From Tubiluchus corallicola (lineage: Eukaryota; Animalia; Priapulida), in the NCBI GenBank assembly GCA_030141605.1, contig JAQGDQ010002086.1, forward strand, positions 1 through 15,461: a stretch of 15,461 nt of DNA. Reading direction: 5' to 3'. Below, piece by piece: positions 8,701 to 15,461 of this stretch (positions are counted from its first letter, which is position 1; each line of letters begins with the position of its first letter). The translations under genes and the position numbers were made by a program. Under the pieces are notes generated by a model, which saw only the letters and a program-made list of their open reading frames with translations, was not told where the DNA came from and made no database searches.

Positions 8701-9729
8701 TTAATTACATGGACGCAAAAATACCCATTAAAGGCCTAATTGCAAAACCATATACACATCTGAATGCTTACATTTTTTATTACATTAGTTGCGCAATTAA
8801 CACGGTGATACAAAAAGTCAGTAGAATTTTCAATGAATTTTCATTTCAAAGTCTTCTAGTTTCCAAGTCATAGCTTGTATCTAAAACAGTTTGTCACGGC
8901 CATTTGATGCATGACCGCTAGCTAACTGGCCGATATACAGGGCCATTCATCACTATGAGATTTTGAACAGTATAGAAGCCATCGGATACTATGCATTATA
9001 TACAAGGTCATTCTATCTAGGCTAATGTTTTTGCCCACTTCATTCAGGTACCGAGTTTTGTGTTGAACGGATGTCTATCCAGGCCGTTTTTACCTGGTCG
9101 ACATAGTTGGTACTTTTCTTCTGTTCGTCATATGTTTTGAGACATGTTTTGTCTATGAGTTTTATTTTGGCCTTAATGGCAAAATTTAGTTGTTCTGTGA
9201 GAGACAATAGTTAAATGCACAATGTTGTATCGACAACCTTTACGTAGCACCAGCACGACTCAGGAGTGAAGTAATTGCCCTGTCATACTTGTTCAATTAG
9301 AGGAGCTCTAAGTGAGTGATTCTGAAACCTTCGGAGCATTGGTGGAGTGTTCACATAGTGGTGGAGTCCGCAGTATCCTGGTCACGCTATTCGGCGGTAG
9401 TGGAGGCGCAGAGACCGACTACGATTCCAGATTAAACTACTTGTGGCGTGTCAGAACTCGTGGATCAGCTACATGGTGGAGCAGCCTCCTTATTCCAGTA
9501 CGGGATCGTGGATTTGGGACTGTGAACCGTCCTTGGTGCATCCTGGAAGAGCCGGCCATCGGGAACTACGTATAAACATGAGTATACTCCTTGCTGCTTG
9601 TTAAATCTGGGCCCAGTAGGTATTTTTTTCTCCTGTATGTACAATTGTTCTTTGCTTTGTCCTTATTCAATAATATACTGTATGATTTGCACAACATCCA
9701 GGTGTTTATTAGTTCTATTTGAAAGTTTT

Positions 9730-9756
9730 TCTCTCTGTCTCTCTCTCTCATTCTCT

Positions 9757-9831
<75 letters not shown>

Positions 9832-9937
9832 CTGTTTTCTCTCTGTCTCTCTCTCTCTCTATCTCTTTTTCTCTCTCTTTCCATTCAATTTTTTTCTCTC
9901 ACTGCTCACTCTCTCTCTCTCATTCTCTCTCTCTTCC

Positions 9938-9974
<37 letters not shown>

Positions 9975-10025
9975 CTCTTTCTCTCTGTCTCTCTCTATCT
10001 CTTTTTTTCTTTCTCTCCCCTCTCT
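9730..10025. repeat. Imperfect (CT)n microsatellite, ~300 bp
   Basis: CT dinucleotide run interrupted by CTGT, CATT and T-runs. Confidence 0.98.
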
Positions 10026-10474
10026 ACCACCAAGAACCTCAAACACAGAACAGTTATATTTTTAGAACGTTTAGCAACGCGTGTGTTGTTCCAAATATTA
10101 GAAAAAACTAGTCTTTTAAGATATGTGGGCGTGGTCACTTGGGGGCATACACAGCATATTTTTCATCTTTCTGCATTTTTCGGGGAGAATTATAAGTATA
10201 AGAATAGTTTAACACAGGGTCATTTAAGTCTGGCACTATAGGCTACAGCCTAGGTCTCATATTGGTAAATACATCATGCCGATGTGCAAATTGTTTGTCC
10301 GCACAATGTTTTTGTGCAAAACGACCTAACATTTTTGTATTACAAAACACAATTTTGCTATAGTAAAACTATGTTTACTAGAAATGCATACATACACTAA
10401 TGGCAGGACCGGCTCTGTCACTAAGCAAGCTAGAGGACGCCAAAATCTGGAATGTTTAAATTCTCAAGTTTAGC

Positions 10475-10990
10475 TTTAAAGAAAAGGCCAACCCTTCTAG
10501 GAGGTTAAGCTTATTTCTATGTTCGCGAAAAATGTTAGAAGGACTTAGTAATAAAACTGCAATAAGCACTTCGTGTAACTAGTGAAAGTCATTTTAAAGT
10601 CTCGAATTTTGAATTCACATTCTTCCAATGACGTCATTCGTCTTGAAGGAAAAAAGCGCATCTTAATCAAAAATATAACGAGCTTTTACAAAAAATTAGA
10701 AAGCTGATTTTGTAACATTTTTGCGTGAATATTAGGTAAGCTGCAGAAGTCTAAATTAGTTCAAGCAGCACCCCCTTACGGAAAGCCACGAAGTCTCGCA
10801 GTTACGTCACAATTTTCAAATGAATGGCGGCAACCACCGCGCCTGTAAATGTTTATTCAGAAGTGCCATATTTTAGTTTTATGCTTTATAAAAAGTTTTT
10901 TGCAAATTTCTTTGCTATTTTTTTCTAAGTTAGAGTAATAATAGTAAAATAAACGTAACATTCTGAGTGACTTGTTCTTTCTTTTTGTTC
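10475..10990 (+). repeat. Dispersed repeat, copy 2, with ~180 bp of extra central sequence (~10710-10888)
   Basis: Same blocks as 8348-8700 in the same order. An additional short match lies upstream (~10221-10260 versus ~8138-8174). Confidence 0.75.
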
Positions 10991-11701
10991 TTTCTTTTTC
11001 TTTTTTTAACGAAACGGTGACGTAAAATATGTGTATTTGCCAAAATGCACAAAGCTGTAACTTAATGGGAAAAACTGCTCGAGTTTTTCCCAGTTGATCT
11101 TGTATCGAGAGTGCAGCAGAAAGAGTAACCACTGTTTCATTTAATAAAAAAATCTTGCTGCGACGTCTATCTAGTCACAACAGAAGAATCGGTAACTTTA
11201 TGCAAAAAACCAAAAGGTGAAAAAGTTGGCGGAGTTCGAGCAGCAAAGAAATTCGTTTATGAAGCATTTACAACCAGACCAGAGTTAGTTTAAACATAGT
11301 TTATTATAGGATTGGATCAGACAGTTTGAACAACATGATTTAGGATCCTCACCACAACAGGCTTTATACACTAGTTACAAAAAATTTTACAATAAGAAAA
11401 GACTATAACTACACAAGCTAACAAGTTTTGCTACAAGAATACATTAGACATTAGTAGAAAATGACGGTTAGAAAATATTAATGTACGAATATTTAAGACT
11501 GATGCATTTCATATCAGATAGAAACTACAGGAAGCGTTTAGTACGTAAAATAAAGTCATGTATACATTGGAATATTTTACAGTTAGTAACATAGTTAAAT
11601 TCATCTTCTCCGAACAGTAGAAATGTTGGAATTTCCTAATAAAAACAAAATAAAAAATTGATTATATAGTGGATAATTTAAGAAAACGGAAATTGTTCAC
11701 G

Positions 11702-11890
11702 TTATAAAGAATTTAAAAAAATATTTTGTTCCCATTGTTTATATTCGTTTCTGGCAATCACTCTTGGCCCACCATTGTCTTCTTTATCTCCGCGGCAGCT
11801 TTCTCTGGCACCACGACAACAACAGCATATGTACCAGCGGATACGGTTTCCGGGGCAACTGATGCACGTATGCCATCTAGGCCCAGGATT
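11702..11890 (-). CDS. Candidate terminal exon encoding a Cys/Arg/Trp-rich peptide
   Basis: GC-richer island preceded on the minus strand by GTTAAT...CTTTTGTTACAG (branch-like motif plus acceptor; AG at 11892-11891). The phase-0 frame reads NPGPRWHTCISCPGNRIRWYICCCCRGARESCRGDKEDNGG...stop. A second frame is also open, no upstream exon was identified, and no homology was recognised. Confidence 0.3.
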   Translation of the reverse strand, partial: NPGPRWHTCISCPGNRIRWYICCCCRGARESCRGDKEDNGGPRVIARNEYKQWEQNIFLNSL

Positions 11891-11939
11891 CTGTAACAAA
11901 AGTTTTTTACATTAACTGGCAGTGCAATTTTCAGGCGCA

Positions 11940-12045
11940 TTGATTAATTAACTTAATGGCTGCCTATTTGATTGACTGACTGACTTACTTACTTACTGAC
12001 TGATTGATTGAGTAAGTTGTAGACGTACTGACTAATTAACTGACT
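11940..12045. repeat. Degenerate tetranucleotide repeat (TGAT/TGAC/TTAC)
   Basis: TGATTGACTGACTGACTTACTTACTTACTGACTGATTGATTGAG with degenerate flanks. Confidence 0.85.
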
Positions 12046-12200
12046 GCCTGGCGTCATTTGGTGAATAATCGATAACAGATGGCTGCATGAATGACAGATT
12101 AACATACTAGGTGCCCCTGCCAGTCTTAGTAGATTCACTGAGCCGTGCGTAGCTTTGAAAATTTAATGAAATTTGTGTATCCGAGGTAATTATTATTAGA

Positions 12201-12310
12201 GTTAGGTTTATGGTTAGGGTTGGAAGCTAGGGTTAACAACTAGACACGGAAGCTAGGGCTACCACGGAAGCTAGGGTTAGGAAAGGGGTTGAAGGGTGTT
12301 AGACACGGGA
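12201..12310 (+). repeat. Telomere-like degenerate (GGTTAG/CTAGGG) tract
   Basis: GTTAGGTTTATGGTTAGGGTT; GGAAGCTAGGG three times (12222, 12248, 12266); TAGACACGG twice (12241, 12300). Confidence 0.7.
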
Positions 12311-13214
12311 ATGGAGCCGCCTTCAAAAGCGCGTGTGTGCTTGCTAATAATCGATTAGAAGTCGATAACCATTACTTGTACGTACACCGCTAATCTGCCA
12401 TGCCACCTCGTACATTGCGTTCTTAACAAACGTGTTTCTGCAGCTAAAACCTTTAAATTTGCATCTGTGTTTCGTTTTTTTTTAAAAAAAGTTTCATTTA
12501 CGAATTCATAAAGACGTGCAAAGTGTAATGTTATCGACAGTGTAGGACTTTTTTGATAATGTGATACATTATCCAGAATAGAAGGATATTTGTATAATTA
12601 CTGGTTGCTAGCGTCATCTAGTATCAAACTTGCGAATGATCACCCATTGCATCAGAACTCAAAGTTCTGTAGAATTTTTAAATGATGCATGCATTGCGTA
12701 CATTTCCTTCACGATTTCATTTAAATCTTTAGACGTGCGAGATGCGGGCCAACATTACGTAGGACCCGCTTGGATAATTGTAATTATGTGTTTTGATTGC
12801 AAATGTGCCGTAGTTATGTATATTTACAAACGATGGCGCCACCTGCTATCTAATTTCCATTTACCTGAATGAATGTTATAGTAAATTCACATGATGTCTA
12901 ATGGAATGTATTCTGTTCAGGTATGTGATGCTAAACAGTGGTATTTTGCCCTGTTAAAACGTAGCAGCTTGTCTGAGCTTTCTATCTCTAATAGATGCGC
13001 ATGCGTGAGTGTACCATTAAAATTTTCCCACAATCGTCTCGTGTAAATGATGAATATGTATTTATTTACTAAGGTATGGTGTAATGCATTTTAATCGATG
13101 GCTTTTGATTAGTAACGCGTGTTGTAATACATTTTATCCATCATAGTAATAATAAAATTTTTGTCTCACATTCTAATGTTACTTGCTTTTGAAAATGGGA
13201 GTTTATTTCTTGTA

Positions 13215-13248
13215 ATCATGATCATCATCATCATCATCATCAACATCA
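13215..13248. repeat. (ATC)n microsatellite
   Basis: ATCATGATCATCATCATCATCATCATCAACATCA. Confidence 0.9.
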
Positions 13249-13818
13249 TTTAAAATAAAATAAAATAACAAACGTTACTACAAACGCGAAACGAATCTTT
13301 CTTTCATTCAAAAGATCACATATGTTTATTCTGTACAAATATATACACAACAGTATACATGCACTCATACAAATATGCGTGAAATAATCAAAAATTACGC
13401 AAAAATAGACGCACCATAGATTACGGAGTAAAATCGAGGTTATTTTCATATTTACAACAATAGCACCCGGCAACCAAATCATGTTTACACTATTTACACT
13501 TTAAATATTTCCACGTACAGTTTGCCTGTCAAGCTATGCTTTTTGTCTTAAACTGTATGCATCAAAATTACTCTGTAATGCAATTTGCACATGTACATGC
13601 TGCATAAAAAAGTCTTTTGTAATTTCTGGATAATATTACATTTATATTTATATTTACTTCAGTGAAATTATCTGTATTTTTATTATAACTGTTAAACGCA
13701 GAGTGGAAATATATAAACTTAAAACTTACATGTCGTATGCATATTTACATACACATTTTCATATTTACAGGTGTAAAGAATATATACACACATCAATGGC
13801 GGCAGCAACAGCATAAAT

Positions 13819-14235
13819 TTATGCAAGCTTGATGCGTTTGCTGGGAGTTGACGATAGCGCCATGCCGCCATCATTGCGACTGTCGTCAGATGATACGTTA
13901 CTGTCGTCATCATCATCATTATCATTGATGATGACGTCAGTGCATCGTCAGCGGGTACGTCATGCGGACGAAGCTCGACGGGCGGTTGCGGTGGGGGTGG
14001 GTGTGGTTTTTGTTGATTTAGGCTATAGTGTCCGAAAGGTAAAGAGCGTTTTGCTCCACCCAACACCTGTTGTCGTCGAAGAAAGACAAAGATCTCTTGT
14101 GTGTATACCTGGTGAACACGTGTTGACGCACAGAAGTAAACCTAATACTCGAGTGCATCATGTAATGGGCTTCCGAAATGCAGGCGCTAGTGACGTGAAC
14201 GTGAAATTGTGTTTGTGTGGTAATAATTCTTTAAC
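13819..14235 (-). mobile_element. Frameshifted C-terminal fragment of a Polinton/Maverick (adintovirus-like) protein-primed DNA polymerase B
   Basis: Manual minus-strand translation: ...ACISEAHYMMHSSIRFTSVRQHVFTRYTHKRSLSFFDDNRCWVEQN, frameshift near 14046, then SLPFGHYSLNQQKPHPPPP.... This fits the recalled pPolB C-terminal pattern IRSxxHxVYT...KxxLSxFDDKR...T/SLPYGHY. After a second frameshift comes an acidic tail ending TPSKRIKLA-stop (13819-13821). Confidence 0.75.
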
Positions 14236-15461
14236 GTAAGTCATTTAAAGATAGTGTGTTTTCTTCCAATATTTTAAAAAGTAGATTGTTTTGATTTGCA
14301 GTCCGGTTTTGCTTTAATATGTGTGTAGTATACGGAAATGATCATGATACGAAGAGATCATATTCGAAACATATAATTGTGTCGACATTCCTCAAATAGT
14401 GGGAAAAATCTTAAATGAAACAACTTACTCATTTAGTAGCATCACTTATTTGCATAAGTTAGTTAAAAATCTCGATCAAATGCCCGACATTGCTAGATGT
14501 AAGAATGATTTTATAAAATCAGTAAATTCCCTTGTTCAAATCAGTTAGAAATAAGCGAGTGATTCTCAAGCTGTTTTGGTCATTCCGCTGGTCCTTGGCA
14601 GCTCTTGACATGAGGTATCAGACAAGAGTATTCAATCTCTAGAGCCATTGAATTAAGGAAGGATTTGCTTAGAATTTTACACAATTCACACAATTCACAT
14701 TCAAGTATGACTTATTGCATTTCTGGTATATTACCTTTCCCTGTTATATTGCAAAGCATATGCAAACGTTGTACATTCGTATAAAAGTTATACAAGATGA
14801 GATCATGAGAAACTTGTCTATTTTAAACGACAATTCCAGCTTAAGAACAATGAGAAGAATCGTATACTCATTATGTCAGTAAAGTTTACGAGTGTTGCTA
14901 ATTTTAATGAAATGGATTTTTTGTGTTATGAACTCTTCTGGACACTTAATGGTGAATGGACAATACTGGGCCATTGTGATGATGTAGTAAAAGAGATGTT
15001 GCTAAATTATCTAATCAACTAAATGTTATATTATTTCACTTTCTGTACATAGACACTAATAGTAAATGTTATTTGATAATCAACATAATTTATATTAAAT
15101 ATTGTTCAGATGAAGTAATTTAAGATTGCAATTGTGTAAAATATAATATCCTTCCGCGAAACAAAGAATAACATATAATAACATCATCATCGCCATTAGG
15201 GCATCCGGTATTAAGTGTTAGATGCTGATTTAGATCACCATGCAACAATATAAAAGTAAAAGAGGATCTTTACACTATTATTTCTTCATGGCTTGTTGTG
15301 TTCCCTTATCCTGGTTATTCCTTGACGTTTCACGATACTCCTTGACGCTAATTTTCTCTTACAGTTTTCACGCCTTCTTGCCGCTTCTTGACGCTCTTCA
15401 CCATTAAGATTCTTATAGACAATAGGACGAGCATTATTCATCACTAGCCAAACCCCACAAA

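Noticed and set aside
9598-10111. ORFs of 155, 130 and 73 aa (SLSL and ERER repeats)
   Set aside because: Translation artefacts of the (CT)n microsatellite.
13719-14239. ORFs 13829-14239 (+) and 13719-14066 (-) as independent genes
   Set aside because: Better explained as the antisense shadow and a partial frame of the frameshifted pPolB relic.
14310-14885. Short plus-strand open stretches (YNCVDIPQIVGK..., IAKHMQTLYIRIK...) as a decayed transposase
   Set aside because: No motif that I can identify; it would need a frameshift-aware homology search.
15315-15400. CTTGACG repeated three times as a CRISPR-like or regulatory array
   Set aside because: Only 7 bp, irregularly spaced, in a eukaryotic context with no cas genes.

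Overview
AT-rich eukaryotic DNA, probably from an invertebrate animal; nothing here looks prokaryotic. Bases 1-8066 form a large imperfect palindrome (arms 1-2907 and 5130-8066; the left arm is cut by the window edge). It is built from a rearranged cluster of intronless rhodopsin-family (class A) GPCR genes. The cluster holds one intact receptor (4454-5461, minus), an inverted copy truncated in TM2 (2576-2923, plus), a third decayed 5' copy (~3595-3697), a 25-codon N-terminus of a different paralogue cut at the fold-back junction (3693-3767, minus), and probably an older relic (~1620-1870, mirrored at ~6170-6418). Both breakpoints show microhomology, and arm identity is patchy, as expected from gene conversion. 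The right half contains two diverged copies of a dispersed repeat, microsatellites, a telomere-like tract, a candidate Cys/Arg/Trp-rich terminal exon, and a frameshifted C-terminal fragment resembling a Polinton/Maverick-type protein-primed DNA polymerase B (~13819-14235, minus) that the ORF track misses. All alignments were made by eye; no database searches were run.
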